54,392 nucleotides of DNA from Candidatus Dadabacteria bacterium (lineage in GTDB: Bacteria > Desulfobacterota_D > UBA1144 > Nemesobacterales > Nemesobacteraceae), in contig JAJEGO010000018.1 in NCBI GenBank assembly GCA_022819805.1, positions 1 to 54,392 on the forward strand, given 5' to 3'. This document shows, in pieces, positions 26,804 to 37,161 of this stretch. The notes under the pieces were generated by a model. It saw only the letters and a list, made by a program, of their open reading frames with translations. It was not told the origin of the DNA and ran no database searches. The translations under genes and the position numbers were made by a program. Positions within the stretch are counted from its first letter, which is position 1. Each line of letters starts with the position of its first letter.

Positions 26804-28105
26804 ATGAAAATCCCGCAGGGCTTCGAACGAGCCATAAACTTCAGTCTTCTGGATTCCATATTCTCAAGAAGATCGCGCCGCTTCGGCCTCGGGATGGAAA
26901 TTCCCGAGGGAAACCTGGCATACAGTTCCGCTCACGACCCGGTCCCTCTCTCCGAACTTGAAGAGGCTTTTCTGATCTGGGCGGGCACGGGAACCACGGG
27001 TCTTTCCCTGGGGGACCTCCCGAGAACCGGCATATCGTGGCTTTTCCAGTGGACCGGAAGAAGCTGGCCGTGCTCCTGCAACTCCCATTCAACCGAGCTT
27101 TTCTACACAAACGACGAAGGCGTCTACATGGTGCGGCTTTTTGATCTCATGCCCCCAGACACCTCCATCTTCATGTCGCTTGACAGGGAAAAGCAGCTTG
27201 AAAAAATAGTCGAGCTTTTCAGGGCGAGCAGAATTACCCTTGAGAACCAAAGAGCCGATCTTCCGAAGGGAGAACCCGGCCTTTTCGACTTTAACGCGTG
27301 GAACACCAACAAGCCGGGAACGACTTTCTTTGTCCCGGTGACCAACACCACCGTTGAGTACATGGTGCTTCTGTTCATATACTTCGGGGCCAAATACGGG
27401 TTTAACATTATTGACGAACTAAACGGGGGAAGATCGTGCGGCCTCGATAAGTGGATAGAGAAAGGCTACATCAGAAACGACGTCAGGCTCTCTCTTTTCG
27501 ACCTGGAGCTAAGGGTGCTTACCACGCTTAACGTGGAGCAGGCCTTCATAAGCCAGAACATGAATCTCGCGCTGCAGGCCCTGGGTCTCGGAGGCTGGAC
27601 TTTCACCGGACTGCTTCCCCATTACGCGCTCGGGGTCGACCCTTCCCACAAGGGGCTCGGATTCCGGTTCGTCCAGCCGGAAGAGAGCCTCAGGAGCACG
27701 AATCCGCCTTATCCCGTCGGAAGGGACGGAGTTTTCGAATCCCTCTGCCCTCCCTACGTGGCGGACATGAGCGAAGCCGTCGACAGGTTTCTCGAGGTAA
27801 GGAGCCAGTTCTGGAATGAGGACAATCCGTTTCCCTACAGAGACCCCGCGTCTATTCTGCAGGATGAATACCACCCTTCCGAGGTCAGGATACAGATAGT
27901 AAAGGATTTCTGCACCTACGTGCATGAGAACTACGGAAGATTCCCGGCTTTCCTTGACCCGATGTTCGTTCGGCTGGTATTCCAGGCCCACCACCTTGAT
28001 CTTGATTTCTACGACAAGTATTTCGAGAAAGATTCATACCACGACCTGCATAAAGAACACTTCAAGCTCTGGCACCCGGAAATTGAGGATCCTTTCGGGA
28101 AATAG
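26804..28105 (+). CDS. Conserved hypothetical protein, possibly nitroreductase-like fold
   Basis: 433-aa ORF; N-terminal 'SIFSRRSRRF' and 'QNMNLALQALGLGGW' resemble FMN-dependent nitroreductase-superfamily motifs. Confidence 0.6.
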   Translation: MKIPQGFERAINFSLLDSIFSRRSRRFGLGMEIPEGNLAYSSAHDPVPLSELEEAFLIWAGTGTTGLSLGDLPRTGISWLFQWTGRSWPCSCNSHSTELFYTNDEGVYMVRLFDLMPPDTSIFMSLDREKQLEKIVELFRASRITLENQRADLPKGEPGLFDFNAWNTNKPGTTFFVPVTNTTVEYMVLLFIYFGAKYGFNIIDELNGGRSCGLDKWIEKGYIRNDVRLSLFDLELRVLTTLNVEQAFISQNMNLALQALGLGGWTFTGLLPHYALGVDPSHKGLGFRFVQPEESLRSTNPPYPVGRDGVFESLCPPYVADMSEAVDRFLEVRSQFWNEDNPFPYRDPASILQDEYHPSEVRIQIVKDFCTYVHENYGRFPAFLDPMFVRLVFQAHHLDLDFYDKYFEKDSYHDLHKEHFKLWHPEIEDPFGK

Positions 28106-28135
28106 GCCGCGGTCAGCAAACCAGGCAGTCTTCGC

Positions 28136-28705
28136 TCAGGATTTTGCCCTTTCGAGGTAGTTCCCGTTTCTGGTATCGACCTTTATCATGTCCCCGATAT
28201 TGATAAAAAGAGGAACCGCCACCACCGCCCCGGTCTCTATGGTCGCCGGTTTCGTGGTGCTTGAAACCGTATCCCCCTTCACTCCGGGCTCGGTGTGAGT
28301 GACCTCGAAGACGACGGCCGTGGGAAGTTCCACGCCTATGAGCTCTCCTTCATGCATCTGCACCGTGACTTCCTGCTGTTCCTTTAGAAACTTCGCCGTA
28401 TCCCCTATCGCATCCGCCCTGAAAGGAAACTGGTCGAAAGTCTCGGAGTCCATGAAGTAGAACATCTCATCGTCCCTGTAGAGATACTGCATGGTTCTTT
28501 TCTGGATATCGGGAACGTTAAACGTGTCTCCCGCACGGAATTTCATTTCCCGCACGGCCCCCGTGGCGATATTCTTAAGCCTCGCCGTGACTATCGGGCT
28601 TCTCTGCGCCATCTTTGAATGCTTGTACTCGACTATCTCCCAGATCGCCCCTTCGGTTTCGATCTTCATTCCCTTGTGAAAACCGCTCGTGTCAACAACA
28701 GCCAT
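28136..28705 (-). CDS. efp: Elongation factor P
   Basis: MQYLY..FMD.ETF.Q, TEPGVKGDT, KPATIETG, VPLFI..G..IKVDTR. Confidence 0.97.
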   Translation of the reverse strand: MAVVDTSGFHKGMKIETEGAIWEIVEYKHSKMAQRSPIVTARLKNIATGAVREMKFRAGDTFNVPDIQKRTMQYLYRDDEMFYFMDSETFDQFPFRADAIGDTAKFLKEQQEVTVQMHEGELIGVELPTAVVFEVTHTEPGVKGDTVSSTTKPATIETGAVVAVPLFINIGDMIKVDTRNGNYLERAKS

Positions 28706-28794
28706 TTCGGATTCGATCCTCCTTCATAAGTTTGCAGAAAACAGTTTTTCTCGGAAATTCTCGCTTGCCATAAGCGTGCTATCAATCTTCGCAG

Positions 28795-30600
28795 TCAGGT
28801 TCTCTTAAACATCTTCTCAAGCATATTGTACGATATCCGGGTCGCGACCGGCCGGCCGTGAGGACAGGCGTGCGGATTCTCAGAAGCGTCCATATCCGCA
28901 AAAAGAGTCCGTGCCTCCTGCTCCGAGAGCGTCCGGTTCGCGGTTATCGAACTGTGGCACGCCATGGTCGCGCACACGGTGTCAAGATGCTGCCCCAGGC
29001 TCTTGGGGTCGCCCAGACCGTCAAGTTCATCAAACAGATCGGTAAAAACCCGCGTATAATCGGAGTCCCTTAAAAAGCCCGGAACGGATTTCACCCTCAC
29101 CGCGCTTTCCCCGAAAACTTCAAAATCAAAGCCGAGCTTTTCCATCTCGTCCGCGAACCGCCCCGCCGTATTGATTTCCCGGGCCGTAAGTTCGACGACT
29201 TCGGGGATGAGAAGCTTCTGGGAGCAGGAAAAGGTTTTCTCAACATAGGATTTTTTTATTCTCTCGAAGTTAACCCGCTCATGGGCCGCGTGCTGGTCAA
29301 TGAGAATGATGCCGTCCGGATCCTCGCATACGAGATAAAGCTTTCCGACCTGTCCGAGGAACTTGAGGCTTGAGTAAAAGCCATCGGAAAACATGTCCCC
29401 TCCTGCCGCCTCAGGAGATTTCTCCAACATGGAGGAATCGCCGTGGTGAGAGTGCTGAGACACCGATTCTGGGTTGTAAGCGGCCTGCGTGGAGGCTTTT
29501 TTCGCCGAAGGCGCCGCGGCGGAGTGACCCCTGCCCTCGGGAAATCCTGGGTCTTTTTGCTTCTCGTAGAAATCTTCAAGGGCCTTCTGGGTTCTTTCCC
29601 TGCGGCTTTTCATCCAGGGAGCGTCGGCAAGCATGCCGCCTATCGCGCGGCGGATGCTCTGGCCGACTTCGTACTGGTTCTCGAACATCACCTCGCTTTT
29701 GGTCGGATGCACGTTCACGTCCACCAAGGCGGGGTCCCTTTCAATAAATATCGCTCCCTGGGGGTATTTCCCCTTTTCAATCATCCTTCCGTAGCACTCC
29801 ATTATGATCCTGTTTATAAAACGGTCCCTCACGGGCCTTGCGTTTACGTAAGTAAACAGCCTGCGCATCGAGGAGCGTGGGTCAAGAGGACTTCCCAGGA
29901 AGCCGTGGAGCTCAAGCGTCTCGTCTTCAAAGTCTATAGGGTAAAGCTCCGTGCCGGGAATTATCTGCGCTACGCGCTGCGTAAGCGATTCGCTCGCGCC
30001 GTAGCGATGGATGGTTCTGTTGTTCGAGAAGACCTCAAAAGACACCTCGGGCCTTGAGAGGGCCTCGCGCTGGATAACCCCGAGAACCCTGCCGAGCTCG
30101 GTCTCCGGCCTTTTCAGAAACTTAAGCCGCGGCTGCGTGTTGAAAAACAGATTCTTAACCTCAACGGACGAACCCACGGGAGATGCCGCCTCCTTTATCT
30201 TTCTCACGACTCCGCCTTCAATGTAGATTTCAGTGCCGGATTTCGAACCTTCGGCGGCGGTTATCATTCTGAACCTTGAAACGCTGGCTATGCTCGGAAG
30301 CGCCTCGCCGCGAAAACCGAGAGTCCCTACAGAGAAAAGATCGTCAATGTCCCTTATCTTACTCGTGGCGTGACGTTCAATGCTCATGAGGGCATCGTCA
30401 CGGGACATCCCGTGGCCGTTATCAACCACCCTCACAAGCCGCTTGCCTCCGGCTTCAAGGTATATGGATATTCTGGTTGCCCCGGCGTCGATCGAGTTTT
30501 CGACAAGTTCCTTTACCACGGAAGCCGGCCTCTCGACTATTTCTCCGGCGGCTATCTTGGAGACAAGGACATCCGGGAGTGTTCTGATTTTAGCCATCAA
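28795..30600 (-). CDS. mutL: DNA mismatch repair endonuclease MutL
   Basis: IAAGEIVERP, GFRGEAL, VDVNVHPTK, DQHAAHER, CPHGRP. Confidence 0.98.
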   Translation of the reverse strand: MMAKIRTLPDVLVSKIAAGEIVERPASVVKELVENSIDAGATRISIYLEAGGKRLVRVVDNGHGMSRDDALMSIERHATSKIRDIDDLFSVGTLGFRGEALPSIASVSRFRMITAAEGSKSGTEIYIEGGVVRKIKEAASPVGSSVEVKNLFFNTQPRLKFLKRPETELGRVLGVIQREALSRPEVSFEVFSNNRTIHRYGASESLTQRVAQIIPGTELYPIDFEDETLELHGFLGSPLDPRSSMRRLFTYVNARPVRDRFINRIIMECYGRMIEKGKYPQGAIFIERDPALVDVNVHPTKSEVMFENQYEVGQSIRRAIGGMLADAPWMKSRRERTQKALEDFYEKQKDPGFPEGRGHSAAAPSAKKASTQAAYNPESVSQHSHHGDSSMLEKSPEAAGGDMFSDGFYSSLKFLGQVGKLYLVCEDPDGIILIDQHAAHERVNFERIKKSYVEKTFSCSQKLLIPEVVELTAREINTAGRFADEMEKLGFDFEVFGESAVRVKSVPGFLRDSDYTRVFTDLFDELDGLGDPKSLGQHLDTVCATMACHSSITANRTLSEQEARTLFADMDASENPHACPHGRPVATRISYNMLEKMFKRT

Positions 30601-30604
30601 TACT

Positions 30605-30769
30605 TTAGAAAAGCTTGAACAGAATGAACAGGATGAGTATGGCCAGGGGCAGGATGACCGCGGCGACCGAGAAAAACGAAAAAGCCGAGAGGGTTTTTTT
30701 CGCGTGCGTTCCGAAAACGTCCCGCGACTGTTCTTCCACTACGCCGAAATATTTTTTAAACATCTTCAT
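30605..30769 (-). CDS. Small membrane protein
   Basis: ~54-aa ORF with C-terminal TM filling the gap between the GYD gene and mutL. Confidence 0.45.
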   Translation of the reverse strand: MKMFKKYFGVVEEQSRDVFGTHAKKTLSAFSFFSVAAVILPLAILILFILFKLF

Positions 30770-31094
30770 CTTCCCCGGATGGCGCTGGGGGCGCCTTCTC
30801 CGCCCTGGCTTTGTTGAGAGATTCAACCAGAGATTCGACCGAGACCGCCGGAAGAGTTATTAACTCGACCGTTCCCCTTGAGCAGAGGTCCACCGAAACC
30901 TTTCCTATGGTCTCGTTATCGGGCGCCTCCACTATATTCACAAAATCGTATCTGCCCAGAGTCGCATACTGCTCGATAACCCTGACGCCTATGTCCTCAA
31001 GCTCCTCGTCGACTTCCTTTATTCTCCCGGGCCGCTCCTTCACGGTTTTTCTGCCCTCGGGAGTAAGCCTGCTGAGTAATATGTAAATTGCCAT
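30756..31094 (-). CDS. GYD domain-containing protein
   Basis: MAIYILL..LTPEG...YATLGRYDFVNIVEAPD. Confidence 0.88.
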   Translation of the reverse strand: MAIYILLSRLTPEGRKTVKERPGRIKEVDEELEDIGVRVIEQYATLGRYDFVNIVEAPDNETIGKVSVDLCSRGTVELITLPAVSVESLVESLNKARAEKAPPAPSGEDEDV

Positions 31095-31273
31095 TGAAAA
31101 AACCTGCTGTTTCTATGAGTTACGGCCAATAGCGCGCCGAGAAAACCTTTAGTTGCCGGCTGGCCGTTCTAGATTTATAACCTTTTTGGAAGATATCTCA
31201 AGAAAAAACCCACTCCGGAACTTCCATAACAAAAACTCTCCGTTATATTATTACAAGCATTCCTTAAGACCTG

Positions 31274-32554
31274 ATGAAAAGCATAATCCGCGTCCTTACA
31301 GTCACATTTGTCCTCCTGTTTCTTCCGCTTCTTCCCTCTTTGCAGGCAGAGGTCGCTTACGCGCAGCCAAATCCGCGGGAGGATCTCACCGTAACGGACT
31401 ACTCGTGGAAATCCTACGGAGTGGGACGCATGGCGACGCTTGGGGAAATAACCGTCGCAAACTCGGGCAAAACCAGCTACAAGAACATCAAAATCAGGGT
31501 CGATCTGTTTACGAGAACCGGCAAGCTCCTGGGCTCGCTTCGCGGAAAGATACCCGGGGAACTGCCCGCAGGAAGCCGAAGAACCTTCTCCGACCTGGAC
31601 CTGGGGCTAATGAACGCGGACCTTGAGAATTCCGAGGCAATGGTAACGGGCGCGGAGGTGTCGGAAAGTCCTTCACTTGAAAGCCCCGAGAGCGTGGTTT
31701 TCATAAAGAACTGGGAGTTTGAGGGGGCAAGTTTCGGAACGGAGGGATTCATAACGGAAATCACCCTTGAAAACACGGGAAAAACCCACTTTAAGAACAT
31801 AAAACTGCTTTTAACGGAAAAAGACGGGGGAGGCGGACCGGGCAGCACTCACCTGTCCTCGGTAACGATACACAACCTGCTTCCCGCCGGGGAGAAAAGA
31901 ACTTTTACGGGAATAAACGTCGGGTTCTCGAGTCCGGACGCCGTTGAAAGATCCATCGCCGTCTCGGGAGCCGAGGAGATAACGACAAAGGAGCTCAATT
32001 ATATTCTCTCCGGCGGGGGAAGCCTTGGGGAGAGAATAAAGAAAAAAATCAGTTCCGTCAGCATACTCAGGAAAAAAGACGGGGAGAAAAAAGCCGAACC
32101 GCGCCAGGAAACATCATCTTCGGATGAACCCGAAAGCGCTTACGGTGGCGAAACCGGAAGCGTCCCCCCTCCGGCCGGTTCTGCCGGTTCTGTCAGCTCG
32201 GCCGCGGACGAGGACACGGAACTTTCCCAAAAACAGTACCGGGAAGCTTTCCCGAAGCACGACATAGTCATAAGGGAATTCGAATGGGGAAGCGGAATCC
32301 CCGGGGCGACCGCGACGCTCAGCAAGCTCGTCATCGAGAACATAAGCGACATCGCTTACGAGAAAATAGTGCTTGAAATAGAGTTTTTCAAATCCTCGAA
32401 CACCCCTTTCGGATCAAACCGCTTCAAGATAAAAGAGGTTCTGGCTCCGAAACAGGTAATGTGGCTCAGGAATGTTCAGGTCGGATTTATAAGCAAGCTT
32501 CCCGACCCGAACCTTATAAAGCTAAGAGTGGTAAAAGCAAAAGCGATCATGTAG
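31274..32554 (+). CDS. Exported protein with three FxLYD-like Ig domains
   Basis: Signal peptide; three 'I.v.N.g...y.nI.i...f' repeats. Confidence 0.65.
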   Translation: MKSIIRVLTVTFVLLFLPLLPSLQAEVAYAQPNPREDLTVTDYSWKSYGVGRMATLGEITVANSGKTSYKNIKIRVDLFTRTGKLLGSLRGKIPGELPAGSRRTFSDLDLGLMNADLENSEAMVTGAEVSESPSLESPESVVFIKNWEFEGASFGTEGFITEITLENTGKTHFKNIKLLLTEKDGGGGPGSTHLSSVTIHNLLPAGEKRTFTGINVGFSSPDAVERSIAVSGAEEITTKELNYILSGGGSLGERIKKKISSVSILRKKDGEKKAEPRQETSSSDEPESAYGGETGSVPPPAGSAGSVSSAADEDTELSQKQYREAFPKHDIVIREFEWGSGIPGATATLSKLVIENISDIAYEKIVLEIEFFKSSNTPFGSNRFKIKEVLAPKQVMWLRNVQVGFISKLPDPNLIKLRVVKAKAIM

Positions 32555-32602
32555 AGAGCTTTTGCCCGAATGGGGATGGATTAAAACTCCTGGGAACTTC
32601 TT

Positions 32603-32824
32603 CTAGCCTTCCACCAGTTCGAGGGATTGCTTTATCGTTTCGACCAGCTTGTCCCTGAACTGCTCTATTCCTTCAAAGGGAACGACTATGCTTGAGCGGC
32701 CGCCGCTCAGCTCGGTAATCCTAAGGTACTGACCCTTGTGGTTTTCCTTAACGTCAAAGAAAAATCTCTTGGATTCAATATCAACGTGGTTGCTTACATG
32801 CTCCTTTTCTGTCCTTTCTTCCAT
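32603..32824 (-). CDS. PUR-domain (Pur-alpha/DUF3276-like) nucleic-acid-binding protein
   Basis: IESKRFFFDVKEN.KG.YLRITE...RSSIVVP..G...F, a single PUR repeat. Confidence 0.85.
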   Translation of the reverse strand: MEERTEKEHVSNHVDIESKRFFFDVKENHKGQYLRITELSGGRSSIVVPFEGIEQFRDKLVETIKQSLELVEG

Positions 32825-32956
32825 CTGATTCTGCCTCCTAGAAAAATTTGTTGGAACAATTATTGAGGCATCACTATAACCCCTGAAAAGTAAAAAGCAA
32901 ACAATTCTTTTATAGCCCCGAAAATACGGATATATTCAGGGAGAGAACCCGCGAAA

Positions 32957-33388
32957 ATGGCAAGAATAAAAATAGATCTACCGAGCGAATTCGTCTTTTC
33001 AACGCAAATTCCGATAAGAATAGACGACATAAATTACGGTTCTCATCTCGGGCACGACTCGGTGCTGACCCTAGCCCACGAGGCCCGGGTAAGGTTCCTC
33101 TCAGCACACGGCTACACCGAAGCCGACATAGAGGGAGCGGGAATCATAATGGGGGACGTTGGAATCACCTACAGTTCGGAAGCGTTTTACGGAGACGTAA
33201 TGGAAATAAGCATCGGCATCGGCGAGTGCGGCAACCATTTCCTCGAGCTTATCTACGCGCTCGTGAACGAAAAAAGCGGCAAGGAGGTCGCCAGGGTAAA
33301 AACCTCGCTTGTGTTCTTTGACTACAAAGAGAGAAAAACCGTGCGGATGCCGGAGAAATTCCGAAGGAAAATCATCCCCGAAGAGTAA
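32957..33388 (+). CDS. Thioesterase (4HBT/hotdog) family protein
   Basis: IRIDDINYGSHLGHD..AHEAR; VFFDY. Confidence 0.9.
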   Translation: MARIKIDLPSEFVFSTQIPIRIDDINYGSHLGHDSVLTLAHEARVRFLSAHGYTEADIEGAGIIMGDVGITYSSEAFYGDVMEISIGIGECGNHFLELIYALVNEKSGKEVARVKTSLVFFDYKERKTVRMPEKFRRKIIPEE

Positions 33389-33405
33389 CCGCCGAAAGTT
33401 CGCCG

Positions 33406-34875
33406 CTACTGTTTCTTTTTGGGGGCGTAGCCAATGTATATGGTGTTCTGGCGTTTCTTTACCAGAAAAAGATACTGCTTTCCGGGTTTCAGGCCGCTTA
33501 CGATCTTGTTGTAGTCCCCCAGGTTTGCCACCTGGTTCTTGTCAACCTCGAGTATAACGTCCCCGGGACGGAATCCCGCCTCCCAGGCCGAACTGCCGCG
33601 ACTCACATTCGTAACCAGAACCCCGGCTTTGTCCTCAACGCCGAACCGCGCAGCGGTATCCGGGGTAATGTCGCTTAATTCGATATCTTCGTCCTCACGG
33701 GACTCGGCAGGAGCCTCTTCATCCGGCATTTTGCCGAGAACGACGGAAATTTCCTTACGCTTCCCGTCGCGGAGAATCGTGATTTCAGAAGAAGTGCCGG
33801 GAGCCTTCATCCCCACGAGTTTGGATAAGGACGTAAACTCCTTTATAGGCTCTCCGTCAAATTTCACTACCACGTCTCCCCTCTGCAGACCCGCTTTCTC
33901 CGCGGGGCTTCCCGGGCTTATATCGGATATAAGGGCCCCGTCGGTGCTTTCATGCCCCATGCTCTCAGCTATTTCCTGAGTTATCGGCTGAATAACGACT
34001 CCAAGCCATGCTCTGACCACCTTGCCCTTTTCCATGAGCTGGGATATGACCCCTTTGGCCATATTGGTTGGGATGGAGAAACCTATTCCCTGGCCTCTGG
34101 CCGCTATCGCGGTGTTAACGCCGACCACCTCCCCTCCCAGGTTAAAAAGCGGACCTCCGCTGTTTCCGGGGTTGAGGGACGCGTCGGTCTGAATGAAATC
34201 ATCGTAGGCGCCGAGACCCAGAGATCTCCCTTTCGCGCTCACTATCCCGACCGTTACGGTGTAGCCGAGTCCGAAAGGATTTCCGACCGCCATGACCCAG
34301 TCGCCGATCCTAAGCCTGTCCGAATCTCCGAAAACAACGGGCTCTAGCTCTTCTTCAGGCTTTATCTTAAGGACCGCGAGGTCCGTTTTCGCGTCCTGCC
34401 CCACAATCTCGGCCGTATATCTCGACCCGTCGTAGAGAACGACCTGTATATCTTCTGCTCTGCTGATCACATGGTTGTTGGTAACTATGTAGCCGTCTTG
34501 GCTGACTATGAACCCGGAGCCCAGGCCCTTTTTTCTGAACTCCCGCTCCCGGTCGTTCGGAAAAAATCTCTTGAAAAACTCCTCGAAAACATCTCCTTCG
34601 CCGAAATCAGGGAACGCCTTTCCACGTTTTACGACGCTCGTGGTGCTTATGTTCACGACAGAATGTTTTTGTTTCTCGACAAGGCCCGCGAGGGACGGGA
34701 ATTTTTCATAAGAGCCGGAAGAAGAGAGAAGTTCCGGGACGTTTTCGGGTGACAGGAATCCAGGGCTTTCTTCGTCTTCCTCTACTTTAGCGCACGAGAG
34801 GGAACCTACAAGCAAAAAACAGGCAGCAAGAAACAAGAAAACGTTTTTTTTCATAGTTAGAGCCTCCGACTTCAT
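33406..34875 (-). CDS. Do/DegP-family serine endoprotease
   Basis: GSGFIV, TNNHV, DLAVLKI, LNPGNSGGPL, two PDZ domains. Confidence 0.96.
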   Translation of the reverse strand: MKSEALTMKKNVFLFLAACFLLVGSLSCAKVEEDEESPGFLSPENVPELLSSSGSYEKFPSLAGLVEKQKHSVVNISTTSVVKRGKAFPDFGEGDVFEEFFKRFFPNDREREFRKKGLGSGFIVSQDGYIVTNNHVISRAEDIQVVLYDGSRYTAEIVGQDAKTDLAVLKIKPEEELEPVVFGDSDRLRIGDWVMAVGNPFGLGYTVTVGIVSAKGRSLGLGAYDDFIQTDASLNPGNSGGPLFNLGGEVVGVNTAIAARGQGIGFSIPTNMAKGVISQLMEKGKVVRAWLGVVIQPITQEIAESMGHESTDGALISDISPGSPAEKAGLQRGDVVVKFDGEPIKEFTSLSKLVGMKAPGTSSEITILRDGKRKEISVVLGKMPDEEAPAESREDEDIELSDITPDTAARFGVEDKAGVLVTNVSRGSSAWEAGFRPGDVILEVDKNQVANLGDYNKIVSGLKPGKQYLFLVKKRQNTIYIGYAPKKKQ

Positions 34876-35384
34876 TCGAGAATCTTGATTATTTTATCAG
34901 CAACCTCGGAAATACTAATATCATCCGTAAAGACGACATGCGGCGATAGCTCGTAAATACCCCTTCTTTTCATGAAAAGCTCATGGAACTCGGCGCGCGG
35001 GTTCTTAACCTCAAGAAGGGGTCTTCCCTTCTTGCGCCTCACCCTGTTCCAGAGGGTATCGACATCCGCCCTAAGATAGAAAACCTCGCCTGAGGCATCC
35101 ATCGTTTCGCGATTCTGCTGTCGCAGGACCGCGCCTCCCCCCGTTGAGATCACGGCCGGGGATGTTTTCTTTGAAAGAGCGGCGAGCATCTCGGTTTCCT
35201 TCCGCCTGAAACTCTCCTCTCCGCCCGCTTCGAATATCTCGGTTACAGAAAGACCTTCAGCCCGTTCCACTTCACTGTCAAGATCATAGAAATCCATTCG
35301 CAGTTTTCCGGAAAGCTCCCTTCCGACGCTAGTTTTGCCCGCCCCCATAAACCCAGTAAGGAAAATATGTCGTTTCTGGCTCAA
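34872..35384 (-). CDS. aroK: Shikimate kinase
   Basis: GFMGAGKT, GEESFR..E, STGGG, RPLL. Confidence 0.96.
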   Translation of the reverse strand: MSQKRHIFLTGFMGAGKTSVGRELSGKLRMDFYDLDSEVERAEGLSVTEIFEAGGEESFRRKETEMLAALSKKTSPAVISTGGGAVLRQQNRETMDASGEVFYLRADVDTLWNRVRRKKGRPLLEVKNPRAEFHELFMKRRGIYELSPHVVFTDDISISEVADKIIKILE

Positions 35385-35390
35385 GTCAAC

Positions 35391-36023
35391 CTACAATTTT
35401 CTTCCGACGGGAGAACCCTCGGCGGGGGTTGTCGCGCCGGAGAGCATTTTCTCGACGTACTTGCCTATTATGTCGCATTCTATGTTAACTTCCCTGCCGC
35501 GGCGAAATTCGGAAAACGTCGTTTCCCGAAGCGTGTAGGGAATTATGTTTACCGAGAACTCAGTGTCCTTTACCGAATTGACGGTGAGACTTACGCCGTC
35601 AACGGCGACCGATCCTTTTTCGACCACATATCTCGCAAGCGATGCGGGAATCGAGAAAGAGAAAACCTTGGATTCTCCCACCGGAGTGATGGACTGAACG
35701 ACCCCTACTCCGTCCACGTGGCCCGTGACGATATGTCCGCCCATCCTGTCCCCGACCCGAAGAGATCTCTCGAGATTCACCCCGCTTTCCGTCCGGAGGC
35801 CGGAAAGATTCGTTCTGGAGAGCGTTTCGTGAGAAGCGTCAACGGAAAAACTCTCCTCTCCAGTTGAAACCACCGTAAGGCATACGCCGTTTACGGACAC
35901 GCTCTCTCCCAGATCCAGTTCCCCGGCGTCGATCTTGCGGACCCCGATTCTTAAAAGAACGCCCTTGTCCTTTTTCTCAAGCGCCCGGATAGCTCCAACG
36001 TCTTCAACTATGCCGCTGAACAT
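35391..36023 (-). CDS. ribE: Riboflavin synthase
   Basis: MFSGIVE, SVNGVCLTV, GGHIVTGHVD, KGSVAVDGVSLTV. Confidence 0.97.
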   Translation of the reverse strand: MFSGIVEDVGAIRALEKKDKGVLLRIGVRKIDAGELDLGESVSVNGVCLTVVSTGEESFSVDASHETLSRTNLSGLRTESGVNLERSLRVGDRMGGHIVTGHVDGVGVVQSITPVGESKVFSFSIPASLARYVVEKGSVAVDGVSLTVNSVKDTEFSVNIIPYTLRETTFSEFRRGREVNIECDIIGKYVEKMLSGATTPAEGSPVGRKL

Positions 36024-36512
36024 TTAACTCTCCTTGTCTCGCCCCAAGACTCCGGAAACCAGGATCGAAATCGCCCCGACCGTGATCGCAGAGTCAGCCA
36101 CGTTAAAAGGCGGCCAGAGCAGATCCGGGTTCCCCGGCCAGTAGACCGCGATAAAATCGGTCACGTATCCGTAGGCAAACCTGTCTATTGAGTTTCCGAT
36201 CGCTCCCCCCAGCACAAAAGCAAGCGCGTACCGAAAAACCCTCTGCTCTTCCTCAAGCCTGCGAAGAAAGAAAAAAATCGCGACCAGCACCAAAACGAAA
36301 ACAACTATATAAAAATAAAGTCTTACATCTTCGGACATGTCCCTTAACATGCCAAACGCGATTCCCGGATTTCGCAAATGGGTTATATCGAACCATGAAA
36401 ACACGTTTATCCTCGATAGAAAAGGCACGTGAGCCTTGACGAGCCACTTGGTCAGCTGGTCAAGCGCCACTACCAGAAAGGATATAACGAATACGCTCGG
36501 ATAATTTCTCAT
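36024..36512 (-). CDS. lspA: Lipoprotein signal peptidase II
   Basis: DQLTK, NPGIAFG, GGAIGNSIDR, VTDF, FNVADS. Confidence 0.97.
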   Translation of the reverse strand: MRNYPSVFVISFLVVALDQLTKWLVKAHVPFLSRINVFSWFDITHLRNPGIAFGMLRDMSEDVRLYFYIVVFVLVLVAIFFFLRRLEEEQRVFRYALAFVLGGAIGNSIDRFAYGYVTDFIAVYWPGNPDLLWPPFNVADSAITVGAISILVSGVLGRDKES

Positions 36513-36570
36513 GAAAAAAAATCACGACCCCGGAAGAAAAGCCCGGAAACTTCCGGCAGACGGCTAAGCC

Positions 36571-37152
36571 TCATTCCAGCCGAAACTCTATCGGAACCTT
36601 GACCCAGCTTGAAACCGCCTTGAAGCCTCTTTGCGCCGGGACGAACCTCCATTTCTTTACAGCCTTCAAAGCGGCATTATCAAGAACCTTGTGACCGGAG
36701 GATTTGAAGACGGTCACTTCCTCGGGCCTCCCGTTCGGAAGCACGTGCACATTAAGCAACACGCTGCCCTCGTAACCGCGTCGTATGGCAACCGCGGGAT
36801 AGCCGGGTCTTGGGGTAAAACCGTAAGAGGGTCTCGCGCTGCTATTAGCCTCGTCGGGTTGTTGCTCCGGAGCGGATTTTTCTTCCTTTTTAAGCGCCAG
36901 AGAGTCATCCCGCTTTTTCACTTCTTCTACGGCTTTTTCTTCTTTCTTCTTAACAACCTTTTTTCTCTTTACGACTTTTTCCGCGGGCGCGGGTTTTTTG
37001 AATTCAAAATGCCTTAGGGAAACCTCTATGTGGTCGCCGTACACAGGAACGCTTTTCTGCACGACAATCTTCCCCCAAGCAAAAGATATAAGAACATGGA
37101 AGACAATTGAAAACAATATAAATCTCTTGAGATTGTCAACCGGCCTGCCCAT
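36571..37152 (-). CDS. tonB: Energy transducer TonB
   Basis: N-terminal TM with S..FH, K/P-rich linker, PGYP...G.V...SSG...LD.AA..AVKKWRF.PA. Confidence 0.9.
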   Translation of the reverse strand: MGRPVDNLKRFILFSIVFHVLISFAWGKIVVQKSVPVYGDHIEVSLRHFEFKKPAPAEKVVKRKKVVKKKEEKAVEEVKKRDDSLALKKEEKSAPEQQPDEANSSARPSYGFTPRPGYPAVAIRRGYEGSVLLNVHVLPNGRPEEVTVFKSSGHKVLDNAALKAVKKWRFVPAQRGFKAVSSWVKVPIEFRLE

Positions 37153-37161
37153 ACCAAAGGT

